Assembly (NCBI GenBank): GCA_001774685.1
Contig: MFAS01000001.1
Coordinates: 9,268 to 73,267, forward strand
Length of the DNA: 64,000 nt
From: Candidatus Collierbacteria bacterium RIFOXYD2_FULL_45_13
Lineage (GTDB): Bacteria; Patescibacteriota; Microgenomatia; UBA1400; MFAQ01
Direction of reading: 5' to 3'
The notes beneath the pieces were generated by a model. It saw nothing but the letters and a program-made list of their open reading frames with translations. It made no database searches and was not told the origin of the DNA. A program made the position numbers and the translations under genes. Positions 1 to 11,215 of the stretch are shown piece by piece (positions within the stretch are counted from its first letter, which is position 1; each line of letters opens with the position of its first letter).

Positions 1-1994
1 CCTCCGGAAGACTCTACTATTGTTTTCGCCAGATACAGCCCCAAACCACTACCTTCGGTTTCCTTCTTTAGAGCATTACTCCCTCGGAAAAACTTCTCCG
101 CAATTCTTTTTTGTTCTTCCTTTGGAATTCCGATACCGTTATCTTTCACTTCAGTAATTACCTTGTTCCCTTTCAGATATATCTGAACCGTTATCTTTCC
201 ACCATCGTTCGTATACTTCAAAGCATTATTGAGGAGATTCGAATATACATGCCTGATTAAATCAGCATCAATCACTACTTCAGGTACATTTTTGTCAATC
301 GTATACTGAAGAACTTTGTTTTCTCCGGCAATATTCACTTTCATATCACTTAAAATACCTTCAACCATTTTTTTTAAGTTTGTCGGCTTCGGAGAAACTA
401 TAATTTTTCCGGATTCGATTCGGCTCACATTCAACAAGGCATTTACTAGCTGGATCTCCCGCTCATTTGACTCATTTATCTTTGAAACATATTTTTCTTG
501 CACTTTTGTCAGTTTGCCGGCATCGCCATCCATCAACATCTCCCCAAACCATTTGACGGCCGACAAAGGCGTGCGCAGTTGATGGCTTGCCAGCGAAATG
601 AACTCGGTTTTCATTCTCTCCACCGCCTTTATTCTGCTAATATCTCTCTCGATGCCTACAAAGAAGAGCAATTCCCCCTGCTCACCCAAAATCGGTGATA
701 CCCTAACCTCTGCCTCATACAGTTCACCGCCTTTTCTCTTGTTAGTCAATTCCCCCCAAAACGGTTTTTTGTCGTATTTAATTGTTCTCCAAAATTTTTC
801 ATAAAATTCCTTCGGCATTTGCGACCCCCATAGCGATGGTTTTTTCCCAACCATTTCCTCCAAAGAATACCCCGTTATCGTCATGGCGGCCTTGTTCGCA
901 TACGTTATTTTTCCCTCCGGATCGGTAATAACTACTTGATCGGAGACTCCATCAACCGCCTGTTTAAATTTCCGAATATCTTTTGTGACCAAAAATGCCA
1001 TGTCCAAAGCCTTTTTCCGAACCGAGATCATACTATAGAGGATAGTCCACCAAAGCAAGTTGATAATTACCATCAAAAACAGGGAAATATTCGGTAAGTT
1101 GTCTTCAATACCGGATAATTTGTAGGCCATTCCGGAATCCAAAACAATATTAAAAATACGGTTTAATATTCTCACTTCTTGGGAAACCGAGGCTCGGACT
1201 TCATTCACAGAGCCAACAGTTGAAATCACCCGTCCCTGATCTATCAAGCTATATTGCAAACCCCTTAACTCCACTGCTTCATCTCTAAGGCTGGAAGGAG
1301 CTATCCAGGTACCGACAAAGCCGATCAAGAAATTTTTTCTCTCCTCCAAAGAATACTCTTTTATTGACGGACTACTATAAACCGGTAAGACAATTATGTA
1401 CCCTTCCCTTTTACTGCTTGGCGCCAACACATTTAGCTTAATTAACTCAGAAATTACCGGACCGTCCGTCATCACCGCTTTCTTGTACGCTCCCGACGGA
1501 TCAAGATACATCAGGTCCGACCCCATCAAGACCTCTAAATCCTTACCTACTGCATGCAGATATTTTATTGGCAAGTACTCACCCTTATCCGACCTGGGGA
1601 ATACAGAATAGTTCAGATAATCAGTTCCGCCAAGCTTCCTTAGTTTCTCCTCAAAGCGATTTAGATCAGCCTTGGCTATTCTTGGTGCATAGAATGGCGA
1701 ATAGATACCCGGGAACCTGACATCTAATTCACTAGAGAGTATAAAACCATGCCACTTCGTCGAGTCTTCCGTCTCGGAGGAAACCATACTCCTGAGATCG
1801 TAAAGCCAGTCCACAGCAGTTGTAACCTTGTCCACCATACCATCGACAATCTGAGCCAGAGTCTGCGTCAACTCTCTACTTCTCCTCTCCTCAACCGTCC
1901 GCTTCATATATCCATATACAAAATGTGATCCCCCCAACAAAAATATTGTCGCTACTCCTATCAGAAATACCCTCCAGCTCTCTTTTTGGTGCAT
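1..1994 (-). CDS. Membrane CHASE-PAS sensor histidine kinase (3' end runs off window; not in ORF track)
   Basis: Manual translation from ATG at 1994: N-terminal TM, CHASE-like region (RFPGIYSPFYAPRI...EYLPIKYL...GYIIVLPVY), second TM, PAS (VVITDPEGKITYANKA..TGYSLEEMVG), H-box (EFISLASHQLRTPL), N-box (NLLNNALKYT), G1 (VKDNGIGIP), G2 (GSGLGLYL). Confidence 0.92.
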   Translation of the reverse strand, partial: MHQKESWRVFLIGVATIFLLGGSHFVYGYMKRTVEERRSRELTQTLAQIVDGMVDKVTTAVDWLYDLRSMVSSETEDSTKWHGFILSSELDVRFPGIYSPFYAPRIAKADLNRFEEKLRKLGGTDYLNYSVFPRSDKGEYLPIKYLHAVGKDLEVLMGSDLMYLDPSGAYKKAVMTDGPVISELIKLNVLAPSSKREGYIIVLPVYSSPSIKEYSLEERKNFLIGFVGTWIAPSSLRDEAVELRGLQYSLIDQGRVISTVGSVNEVRASVSQEVRILNRIFNIVLDSGMAYKLSGIEDNLPNISLFLMVIINLLWWTILYSMISVRKKALDMAFLVTKDIRKFKQAVDGVSDQVVITDPEGKITYANKAAMTITGYSLEEMVGKKPSLWGSQMPKEFYEKFWRTIKYDKKPFWGELTNKRKGGELYEAEVRVSPILGEQGELLFFVGIERDISRIKAVERMKTEFISLASHQLRTPLSAVKWFGEMLMDGDAGKLTKVQEKYVSKINESNEREIQLVNALLNVSRIESGKIIVSPKPTNLKKMVEGILSDMKVNIAGENKVLQYTIDKNVPEVVIDADLIRHVYSNLLNNALKYTNDGGKITVQIYLKGNKVITEVKDNGIGIPKEEQKRIAEKFFRGSNALKKETEGSGLGLYLAKTIVESSG

Positions 1995-1998
1995 ACTT

Positions 1999-2367
1999 CT
2001 AAGATTTCTTTGCCATCACCGCCTGAATTTCTTGTTCAATATTATTTAAATCTACGTCCGTTTTCATAAGACACTTTGTCGCTCCCATTTCCATCACCCG
2101 ATCAACCGAGTCAGGCAGATTGGTAATCACAATGACTGGAATGTCGGCAGTTTTAACGTTTTTTTTTATTTCTTTCAAGACGTCAAGGCCGTTAAATCTA
2201 CCGGGCATATAAATATCCAAAAGCACCACATCCGGGGCAAAAGTCTCCGCCATCTTTATACCCATTTCACCGTCTGTCGCCACCCTTATATCAAACCCGT
2301 CACCAAACTTTCTTCGATACGCTTCGTCCAATAGGAGGTCATCTTCGACAATCAGTAACTTTGTCAT
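1999..2367 (-). CDS. Single-domain response regulator (receiver)
   Basis: LLIVEDD, PDVVLLDIYMP, VITN, K motifs; adjacent to the kinase; start placed at MTKLL after a TGnTATATT -10 box. Confidence 0.92.
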   Translation of the reverse strand: MTKLLIVEDDLLLDEAYRRKFGDGFDIRVATDGEMGIKMAETFAPDVVLLDIYMPGRFNGLDVLKEIKKNVKTADIPVIVITNLPDSVDRVMEMGATKCLMKTDVDLNNIEQEIQAVMAKKS

Positions 2368-2406
2368 ATAAATCAATATAGCACAGGAACAGCAGTGTAA
2401 TGATAC

Positions 2407-4440
2407 TTACTTCTTTTTTCCCAAAACCTTTTCTTTTAAGCCCATTATCTCCAGACCCTTAAGGAGCATAAGGGCGTCATGCATGTACTCTGTTTCTTCT
2501 CTGGATACTGTAGGAAAAGCTAGGTAATCATCCTGCGTTTTCCCTGGCATAAAGATCACCGCTTGGCCCGGTTCGGCCCCTGGTTTCACATTTCCTTTAC
2601 CGATAGAGTCCACCGCCTTGGCCCACCAACCCGGAGCCACCAGCATCGGAAATTTAGTGTAAGCGTTAGAGCCGTCATAGAAAGTTGCCGCCCCGGCATT
2701 TGGCATATGAGTACCCACTACCAAACCCGGTTTTTCGTGTATATGCAAGTCGTATAGTCGCTGGAGAGCCCATTCCGGCTTAGAACCGGACCCATGACCT
2801 TCCGCCTTATCGGCAGTTACCACCGGATATATTGTTTTTCTACCTTCTCCGGGCCCAATAGAAAGCTTCAGAAGCGACAAATGATGAATCAGTGGAATTC
2901 CTGTTTTCGTAGCTACGTATGAACCCGGGGCTACCGGAAGCTGTTCCGGCTCTTTGCCCACCTTTCCTTTCCAAGCGCTTTGCCGCATAGACTCGCACAT
3001 CATGATTGCCAAAGTTTGATAGTTGGTTCTTTCACCTTCCTTGCCAATTAGCTGAGCAAACCTATCCAGAACATCAATCCTATCAGGAAGTCTCCCAGCA
3101 TCCTTATCTATCATATTTCTCAGAAAGAGAACCAACCTGTGAGGATTTTCTGCCACCTCTCTCATGAATCCTTGCAGGTCTTTAAAACCCTCAAGGGTCG
3201 ATCCGATCCTGGCATTAGCCACCAATTCCAGGGCCACCGGAAGTTCAGTTCTAATATCCAAATTTAGAGTGCTATATGGAGCCTTCATTTCAATTTTAGA
3301 ATAGGGGTTCTTTACTGTCTCCCCACCCACCATCACTTTTCCCGCCGGTCTATCTTCCACGTATCTTGCTCCCAATCTGTTAGACCCGGTAGGGTAGGAA
3401 ATCAATGGTCCGGTCTCCACACCCTTCTTTGGATCTCGAATCAGTTCCAGCAGTTCTTCTCTTTTTCCCAGCTGTTCCACTCTGTCGAGAAGTGTCACCG
3501 CATCAATTGCTGTTTGGGCTTGTCTCAAGTTTGCCGAAGGCATATTCATATCCTCACGTCTCCCTTTTTTAGGAACAACTGTCACCACCTCCCCTTGAGG
3601 CTCAGGTCTCGACAAACCAAGTTGGGTACCATATAAGTCGGTTGGCCCATTCGGATTGGTTCCCTTTACGGTACCGGCAGATACATAATAGACCTTGTGT
3701 TTGGCACCGGCGTAAACCTCTTCGGCCACTTGCATTCTGTGAATATGTCCGGCCACTGACCCTTTTGGTCTGCTACTCTCGGAGGTGTTTTGCATTACCA
3801 TTCTTTGCCCATCAACTTCGTCAAACTTACTTCCCTTCGGGGGGTTGTGCCAAACCTTGATGTCGTGTTCGTAACCATTTGGAAATTTAAGAATTAAAGT
3901 GCCCCCATTTTGTATCAGTTTTATGTCCAGATCTCCGATCATCGCTCTCCAGGTATTCATCGTATTTTCGGCCATCCATCCAGGATGAGCCCAGTACTCG
4001 GACACCATACCAAGTATTCTCCCCGCATTAGCCAAAGGTTCAAAGTACATCATTCTCATAAACTCCAGCTGAGTCTGGGCGTCGGCATCTGCTTTTGAAT
4101 CAATAGATTGAGAATGTTTACCACTGGACCAACCTTCTATTTCGTCACCCGCAAAGATCACCAGTACATCCGGATTTGACAAAACATACGCCAACAGTTC
4201 GTCCATCGCCTCCAGATCCGAAGCCTTACTTCCCAAATGCCAGTCGGAGAGAACAATAATCTGCTTCGGAGCCATGTCCAGCACTTCCTGAGTAACTACC
4301 AGTTTACCTCTGTTATCAATCTCTAGCCTTTGGCCTGTTTCGTGATGCGATCTATAATCTTTTATTCTTTCGATATTTGTCCTGTCCGGAGGATAAACAC
4401 TCACCGTCCTTAGCAGTTTTCCTTGTTCTTTTTGGGCCAT
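2407..4440 (-). CDS. Tandem calcineurin-like metallophosphoesterase (intact N-domain plus degenerate C-domain)
   Basis: SDWHLG, AGDEIE, VWHN, AGHIH in the N-half; a parallel but ligand-less pattern (ANARIG, LRNMID, VGTHMP) in the C-half. Confidence 0.65.
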   Translation of the reverse strand: MAQKEQGKLLRTVSVYPPDRTNIERIKDYRSHHETGQRLEIDNRGKLVVTQEVLDMAPKQIIVLSDWHLGSKASDLEAMDELLAYVLSNPDVLVIFAGDEIEGWSSGKHSQSIDSKADADAQTQLEFMRMMYFEPLANAGRILGMVSEYWAHPGWMAENTMNTWRAMIGDLDIKLIQNGGTLILKFPNGYEHDIKVWHNPPKGSKFDEVDGQRMVMQNTSESSRPKGSVAGHIHRMQVAEEVYAGAKHKVYYVSAGTVKGTNPNGPTDLYGTQLGLSRPEPQGEVVTVVPKKGRREDMNMPSANLRQAQTAIDAVTLLDRVEQLGKREELLELIRDPKKGVETGPLISYPTGSNRLGARYVEDRPAGKVMVGGETVKNPYSKIEMKAPYSTLNLDIRTELPVALELVANARIGSTLEGFKDLQGFMREVAENPHRLVLFLRNMIDKDAGRLPDRIDVLDRFAQLIGKEGERTNYQTLAIMMCESMRQSAWKGKVGKEPEQLPVAPGSYVATKTGIPLIHHLSLLKLSIGPGEGRKTIYPVVTADKAEGHGSGSKPEWALQRLYDLHIHEKPGLVVGTHMPNAGAATFYDGSNAYTKFPMLVAPGWWAKAVDSIGKGNVKPGAEPGQAVIFMPGKTQDDYLAFPTVSREETEYMHDALMLLKGLEIMGLKEKVLGKKK

Positions 4441-4503
4441 ACCGCTATGCTATTACTCATCACCTCAAAAAACAACCACCAAAATAAACCTAAACTATAA
4501 ATC

Positions 4504-5574
4504 CTACTGATGTTCTTTTAGGAACTCACCGGTCCACATTTCCACATCATTGGCACTGTCAGCCGTCACCAATTTTTTCCTTAGTCCAGAAGAACCATCA
4601 AAACCTTTGGTATATCCCACCAAATGTTTTCTCATTGGAAAAAATTTCATATTGGGAAAAGTTGATTCATATCTAGTTGCATGCTCAGCGGCAACATTCA
4701 GTTTTTCCTGAAGACTGGGGGTATAACCATCTTTTCTCAAAATCCACGGATTACCAATTGCTTCTCTTCCAATCAGAACCCCATCAACTTTTCCTTCAAG
4801 ATCAACTTCTTTCCCATCTTTCAAAACCACTTCAAAATTTACTTTCCCTGTTTTAAGTTCTTGAGTTTTTGAGTTCTTGAGTTCTTTTATGTCCCCATTT
4901 GCCAAAAACTTCGCCCCACTCTCTCGAATGATCTCACCCGCTTTCAATAGTATTTCCCAATCAGCCTCACCGGAATAAAGTTGTTTGAAGGTTCTCCCGT
5001 GCATGGCCACCGCGGGCAGTTCTTGGGAAGCCAAAAACTTCCACCAAGACTCATCCGGCTTGGCACTCCCAATTCTCGTTTTCAAACTTACCGGAATTTC
5101 AATATTTTGATTTTTTGAGTTTTTGATTTTTTGAGTTTTTATATAATCATTTACTCCTTCTCTCGTCGCCTCAATTACCGCCGCCGCCAAGCCCTGGTCA
5201 CGAATGAGACCGGCCCCCCCACCTCTTTTCTCTAACCCAGGTGAGGGACAGCCCATGTTTATATCGATTCCATCAAACCCAAGTTCGCAAATAATCTTTG
5301 TAGCCTCAAAAAAGGAATCCGGATCACTTCCAAAAAGTTGGGCAATTACCGGTCGTTCGGACTCATCATAGATTAAGTCTCTCCAAATTTTATGTTCCAC
5401 CTCGCCTCTTCTTTGAATCCGCCACAATCCTTCAGCACTCACAAACTCTGCATAAATTACATCGGCCAGTCCGTATTTTTTGGCTACAAAGCGCATTGGG
5501 GCATCTGTCACTCCGTCCATCGGTGACAAGCCCACAATTGGATAATCTAGATTTCCCCAAAAACCTTTCTGCAT
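4504..5574 (-). CDS. dus: tRNA-dihydrouridine synthase
   Basis: LSPMDGVTD, QLFGSDP, DINMGCP, HGRT, NGDI, IGR..IGNPW, MRKH. Confidence 0.93.
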   Translation of the reverse strand: MQKGFWGNLDYPIVGLSPMDGVTDAPMRFVAKKYGLADVIYAEFVSAEGLWRIQRRGEVEHKIWRDLIYDESERPVIAQLFGSDPDSFFEATKIICELGFDGIDINMGCPSPGLEKRGGGAGLIRDQGLAAAVIEATREGVNDYIKTQKIKNSKNQNIEIPVSLKTRIGSAKPDESWWKFLASQELPAVAMHGRTFKQLYSGEADWEILLKAGEIIRESGAKFLANGDIKELKNSKTQELKTGKVNFEVVLKDGKEVDLEGKVDGVLIGREAIGNPWILRKDGYTPSLQEKLNVAAEHATRYESTFPNMKFFPMRKHLVGYTKGFDGSSGLRKKLVTADSANDVEMWTGEFLKEHQ

Positions 5575-5601
5575 CCGTATATTTTACCCCACATCCTTAG
5601 A

Positions 5602-6750
5602 CTATGGTAACCTAGCGGCCAGAAGCCAATGGTTGTAAATCACCCCGTCGGACCCCTTATCCTTCCACTTCCTGTTAAAGCTTTCTTTACTACGTCTAAT
5701 TATTCCAACTCCTTCACCTGGCTCTCTCTCCGATCTTACCGACGGGTCAATAAACCAAACTGAGTTTTCATCAACCCGGTACACAATTGAGTAGTGACCG
5801 CTGTCTAGCTTTTTGTAGTGCTTTTCCTTTCCCCACGCCTGATAACAGACCATACACACGTAACCACTCCATAGAATTAGTTCCAAGTCCCGCATCGAAC
5901 AACCGGATCCCTCAAAGTGCTCAATTCCTTCCTCATTAAGCAATTTTTTTATGTTTCGAATTTTTGTTCCCTCTGTCGGAGTCGGCTTCAGCCGTCGATA
6001 AAGATCTGTTTCCAACACGTCTTTTCTTTCCAACAGTAGAAGCAGATTCCCCACTGTCGCCACACCACAGTCGTACTTAAACTTTTGTGTTATCGGCTCA
6101 AAATCAACGCGTCGTTTCCTTAAATATCCGGGGGGTTCTTCTTTTTCCACTTTCTGGTTTATAAATAATAATTCTAATATCATATCGAATGGTTTCGCTG
6201 CCTTGGTCATGGAATCCCGAAAAGAATGATCGGCACCACTAACTCCGTAAACTTGTACATCCTCAGACACGGACTGTTCCGCCATTACTCGCACTTCCTC
6301 TACACTTGCGTATCGATCCAACGCCCCTTGATAAATCACGATCTTACTTGTCACCTTGCTCACATCAGTTCCTCCGGGAATATATCCCAATATCACCAGT
6401 TCATATTTCACCTGTTTTTCTTTTGGAAGGGCAGTCAAATAGTCAGCCGCTACCATACCGCCAAGGGACTTTCCAATCAACCTGATTTTTTTATATTTTC
6501 CAGCCTCGCATACATCTAAGGCTTTTTTCAAGGTCTCAATCTCCTCCTCCCTCGATTGTCCTTCCTGATGTTCTTCACTTCTATCAATGAAGGGAAAGTT
6601 AAACATCACCACGCTTCTACCCAATTTTTTTGCCGTCTGGAAAATCTTTTGCACAGATTCTGATGTTTCGAACCCCTTACTACTTCCATGCAATATCACA
6701 TCCAACACCTCCTTATCTCTACCATCAAAATATTCCATGTTCAAATCCAT
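5602..6750 (-). CDS. Alpha/beta-hydrolase fused to a C39-like cysteine peptidase
   Basis: N-half: LHG, GKSLGG nucleophile elbow, LGY, QGALD, GADHSF; C-half: QKFKYDCG, GHYSIV, WFIDP. Confidence 0.75.
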   Translation of the reverse strand: MDLNMEYFDGRDKEVLDVILHGSSKGFETSESVQKIFQTAKKLGRSVVMFNFPFIDRSEEHQEGQSREEEIETLKKALDVCEAGKYKKIRLIGKSLGGMVAADYLTALPKEKQVKYELVILGYIPGGTDVSKVTSKIVIYQGALDRYASVEEVRVMAEQSVSEDVQVYGVSGADHSFRDSMTKAAKPFDMILELLFINQKVEKEEPPGYLRKRRVDFEPITQKFKYDCGVATVGNLLLLLERKDVLETDLYRRLKPTPTEGTKIRNIKKLLNEEGIEHFEGSGCSMRDLELILWSGYVCMVCYQAWGKEKHYKKLDSGHYSIVYRVDENSVWFIDPSVRSEREPGEGVGIIRRSKESFNRKWKDKGSDGVIYNHWLLAARLP

Positions 6751-6827
6751 ACATTACTATATACCAAACTTAATATGACTTTACGAGTCCTACATTCTGA
6801 CTTCTGGGACCTGAAATCTAAGATCTA

Positions 6828-7337
6828 TCAAACCGCGAGCATCCAATGATCGAGCCCGTCTGCGTCCATCCAACGACCCTCAAAGACCTCTTTTTTTATC
6901 TTTCTCACCCCTCTTCGATAGCGCACTCGCTCGCCCTTCACAAATGGGTCAGCCAGCCACAAATAATCTTCTTCAAAACCAAAAACCACGGAATAATGGC
7001 CACTTTGAAGCTTCCTGTAATATTTCTTCTCACCCCAAGCCTGATAGGCCACCAAGCACAGCCTCCCTTTTCCAATTTCGGTCTCAATATCACTCAGCTT
7101 GGCCTCATATCTCTCCTTCGTTCTTAGTCCGTGAGCCAACAACAATTTCTTAATATCTCCAACCAAAGTACCATAGCTGGGTTTAGTGTGTAACCTTTTT
7201 TTGAGATTTAACCTGTTTGACCTTAACCCTCTGGTCCCCAAAATCGTTTGTACGCAAGCCACCCCACATTCATATTTATTCACCTGAATTACCGGCCTTA
7301 CAGGCACAAGTAGTATTTTATCTTTCTTTATTCCCAC
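6828..7337 (-). CDS. Stand-alone C39-like cysteine peptidase
   Basis: QVNKYECGVAC, GHYSVVFG, LADP; paralogous to the C-half of the neighbouring gene; TAGAAT 6 nt before GTG. Confidence 0.8.
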   Translation of the reverse strand: MGIKKDKILLVPVRPVIQVNKYECGVACVQTILGTRGLRSNRLNLKKRLHTKPSYGTLVGDIKKLLLAHGLRTKERYEAKLSDIETEIGKGRLCLVAYQAWGEKKYYRKLQSGHYSVVFGFEEDYLWLADPFVKGERVRYRRGVRKIKKEVFEGRWMDADGLDHWMLAV

Positions 7338-7401
7338 GACCCAATTCTAAGCCGTCGCATGCCCTTTTACAACCGTCATTTTAGCCTCAAAATAACAATC
7401 G

Positions 7402-7446
7402 GTCATTGCGAGTTTCGATACCCCAAACCATGGCAATTCCACTCCA
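7402..7446. repeat. CGTC-type REP-like palindromic repeat, copy 1
   Basis: GTCATTGCGAGTTTCG...TGGCAAT..CACTCCA, similar to 31726-31768; TTGC/GCAA stem. Confidence 0.6.
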
Positions 7447-7447
7447 C

Positions 7448-7924
7448 CTAAACCTTCTTAAACATAAAGACCTCATCATAAATCAACCCTCCCTCCCACG
7501 ACTCCTTAATACCCCCAATTAACCGTCCAAACTCCAAAAACCCCAGATGCCTATAAATTTCCTCCGCCTCAATTCCGCCCCGGACTGTCAGCTCCAGAAT
7601 ATTCACTCCAGGGAGGCTCTGCACCCAATTTTCCCCAGCTTCAAACAGTCGTGTACACAGCTTCAGCCCTCGATATTCCTCAGCCACTACGACATCCGTC
7701 ACTCTTACTCGGTGACCTCTGGTGAGCTTGCTCAATCTTTCAAAAATGGCTTGGCCGACGACGGCTCCATCTATTTCGATGACCAATCGTTTTGTGTTCC
7801 CCAAGACGGACTCTCTCCTGTCACGTTCTAGCCCGGCTTTTATGGTTTCCCGACTGTTCCTTGGTTGTAATTTTCCTATAGCGGCATCATCAGACAGCTT
7901 TGCCTCCCGTACATTTATTATCAT
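7448..7924 (-). CDS. GNAT family N-acetyltransferase
   Basis: VVGQA, VVAEEYRGLKLCTRL (acetyl-CoA motif A), YRHLGF; TAGAAT 6 nt before ATG at 7924. Confidence 0.88.
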   Translation of the reverse strand: MIINVREAKLSDDAAIGKLQPRNSRETIKAGLERDRRESVLGNTKRLVIEIDGAVVGQAIFERLSKLTRGHRVRVTDVVVAEEYRGLKLCTRLFEAGENWVQSLPGVNILELTVRGGIEAEEIYRHLGFLEFGRLIGGIKESWEGGLIYDEVFMFKKV

Positions 7925-7977
7925 TCCCAAATTCTACTATAATTACTCCAAAGTTCCCTAAAAAATGAGGTAAAAAA

Positions 7978-8226
7978 ATGTCAGACCTGTTTGAACCAAA
8001 ATTCGATGCCAACCAGATTTATGAACCTGATGATTTTATCTTCCGGATTGAGATCATCCTCACAGAGGTTTCCCCTTCTGAAAAGCTTCACCAAGTGCTC
8101 CAAAACTGGCTCACGTGGGCGAGACAACACTCGAGTGACTGCCAAATTGCTTTTATGCCAGGCCAGAACGGTTCCATCGAACCGTTCTGCATAGAAACAG
8201 TCAGAATTAAGAACAGTTCTCGCTAA
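7978..8226 (+). CDS. Hypothetical protein (82 aa)
   Basis: GAGGT Shine-Dalgarno before ATG and its own terminator. Confidence 0.6.
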   Translation: MSDLFEPKFDANQIYEPDDFIFRIEIILTEVSPSEKLHQVLQNWLTWARQHSSDCQIAFMPGQNGSIEPFCIETVRIKNSSR

Positions 8227-8248
8227 GGCAGGTCCTCCTGCCTTTTTT
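8225..8248 (+). terminator. Intrinsic terminator
   Basis: AAGGCAGG-tcct-CCTGCCTT followed by a T run. Confidence 0.7.
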
Positions 8249-8324
8249 GTGTGCGCTTATAGAATAGAACCAGAGACTCCAGTCTATTTTCAATCTCTCT
8301 CAGGACTGCATCTTAAATAATGTG

Positions 8325-8398
8325 TGGGCGCTCTTGGGGTCGAACCAAGCACCTCGGTCTTATCAGGACCGCGCTCTAACCAGATGAGCTAAGCGCCC
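8325..8398 (-). tRNA. tRNA-Ile (GAU), CCA not encoded
   Basis: GGGCGCTTAGCTCATCTGGTTAGAGCGCGGTCCT-GAT-AAGACCGAGGTGCTTGGTTCGACCCCAAGAGCGCCCA cloverleaf. Confidence 0.97.
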
Positions 8399-8442
8399 AA
8401 AACCACTCGTACATTCTAACACAAACAGCTCAAAATGAGCAC

Positions 8443-8470
8443 AAAAAACCCGCCTTAAAGCGGATTTTTC
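8443..8470 (-). terminator. Probable terminator between 16S and tRNA-Ile
   Basis: CCGC/GCGG hairpin flanked by A/T runs; a TGnTAGAAT -10 box for the tRNA lies just downstream. Confidence 0.5.
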
Positions 8471-8625
8471 GGTTCGTAGTGGTTTGATTAATCAAACCCG
8501 CAAGCAAAGCAGCAAGCTCTTATCGTTTCAAGAGTGGCAAGAGTCAGGTAGATTGTGTTTAGACACTCACCTACCAATAGTGTGGCGATATTATCATCCG
8601 GTCTCGTGAAGACCTTAACTCCTAG

Positions 8626-10122
<1,497 letters not shown>

Positions 10123-10465
10123 AATTGAATTTTAAGTCACTCTCACCACTCTTCAAACGACAAAAATTATCGAAATAATTGAAATCAGCTCAATTATTTG
10201 CTGCTTCACTTGTTAACGAGCTTGGATATTTTAACAGCCCTTCCGAGCCTCCGCAAGAGCATCTTTACAGATATTCTTTTGCAGGTAAAAAAACTAACCG
10301 AAATCCAAATCGGTAGGCTTATTTTATCACAATTCCTCCATCAATATCAGCCATTTTTTCCACGATCTATCCCATAATTTGATTTTTTATCGAATTAAAG
10401 GTATCATATCCCCAATCTTCGCAACCAAGCAAGCTCATTCACATTTTTCAAAAGGAGGTCTCGTC

Positions 10466-11215
10466 ATGACCAACAAGTCGTTTCTTTTTTGGATGGATCA
10501 GGGAGACCAGCCCTCTTCAGTCATCGCCATGAAACTGGGAAATACCACAGAACCGTTTATTGTCAGGCTCACTGGCGGTTGCGGTTTTATGAATCAAGCA
10601 GATGGCACCCGGAGTATTCGCATTCTCACTAAAGCCCTCACAGGTTTCAAAGGAATCCTCCTCTACGGTGGAACTCGCGTTTTTTGTCCAACGAAAGATA
10701 CCAAATCGGGTTACCGTGTCTTCCCCACCATTCTTGAGGTTCCTCCCAAGCTCCGTCGTATCAATCCAGGCATGTTATCTTTTGGGATTATTCCCAAAAT
10801 GACTCACGTCGAATACAGCCGGCTAGGCCTCATTATTGCCAAGGACCCGGAAACCGGCTTCCTCACCGTTATTCATCCAAATCAAGACCTCTGCCTCGTC
10901 CTCCAAAAGAACGTAGACCAGATGTCCTTTTGGGACGCCGAATGGATTGAGTGCCTTTCTATTATCAAGGAATTCCTCGCCCACCGTACCAAGTTTGGCA
11001 CCGTTTTGGTCGCCTACAACGGAGGGGAGGTCACCGGTCACGAAATCGATGCCTGGGCGGAAGAAGGACTGCCTGTTATTCTAGTCGCTGGCAGTGGTCG
11101 CAAAACCGACGAGTACTGTCAGAACCTGGCATGGCTACAAAAGCATCCTTCGGTTTCAGTCTGCCAAAACCCACAAGAAATTAGGCAGAAGATCTCATCT
11201 TTAGGAGGATTGTAA
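10466..11215 (+). CDS. SLOG-superfamily protein, TRPM-like LSDAT type (copy A)
   Basis: RLTGGC, LYGGT, GIIP, IHPNQ, WDAE, NGGEVTGHEI, VILVAGSGRKTD; AAGGAGG SD before ATG at 10466. Confidence 0.7.
   Translation: MTNKSFLFWMDQGDQPSSVIAMKLGNTTEPFIVRLTGGCGFMNQADGTRSIRILTKALTGFKGILLYGGTRVFCPTKDTKSGYRVFPTILEVPPKLRRINPGMLSFGIIPKMTHVEYSRLGLIIAKDPETGFLTVIHPNQDLCLVLQKNVDQMSFWDAEWIECLSIIKEFLAHRTKFGTVLVAYNGGEVTGHEIDAWAEEGLPVILVAGSGRKTDEYCQNLAWLQKHPSVSVCQNPQEIRQKISSLGGL

Noticed and set aside
316-1611. Short plus-strand ORFs at the window start, and similar antisense ORFs throughout
   Set aside because: They are shadows of long, motif-bearing genes on the opposite strand.
8250-8320. Possible tRNA-Ala next to tRNA-Ile
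   Set aside because: No cloverleaf, TTCGA T-loop or acceptor stem found on either strand.
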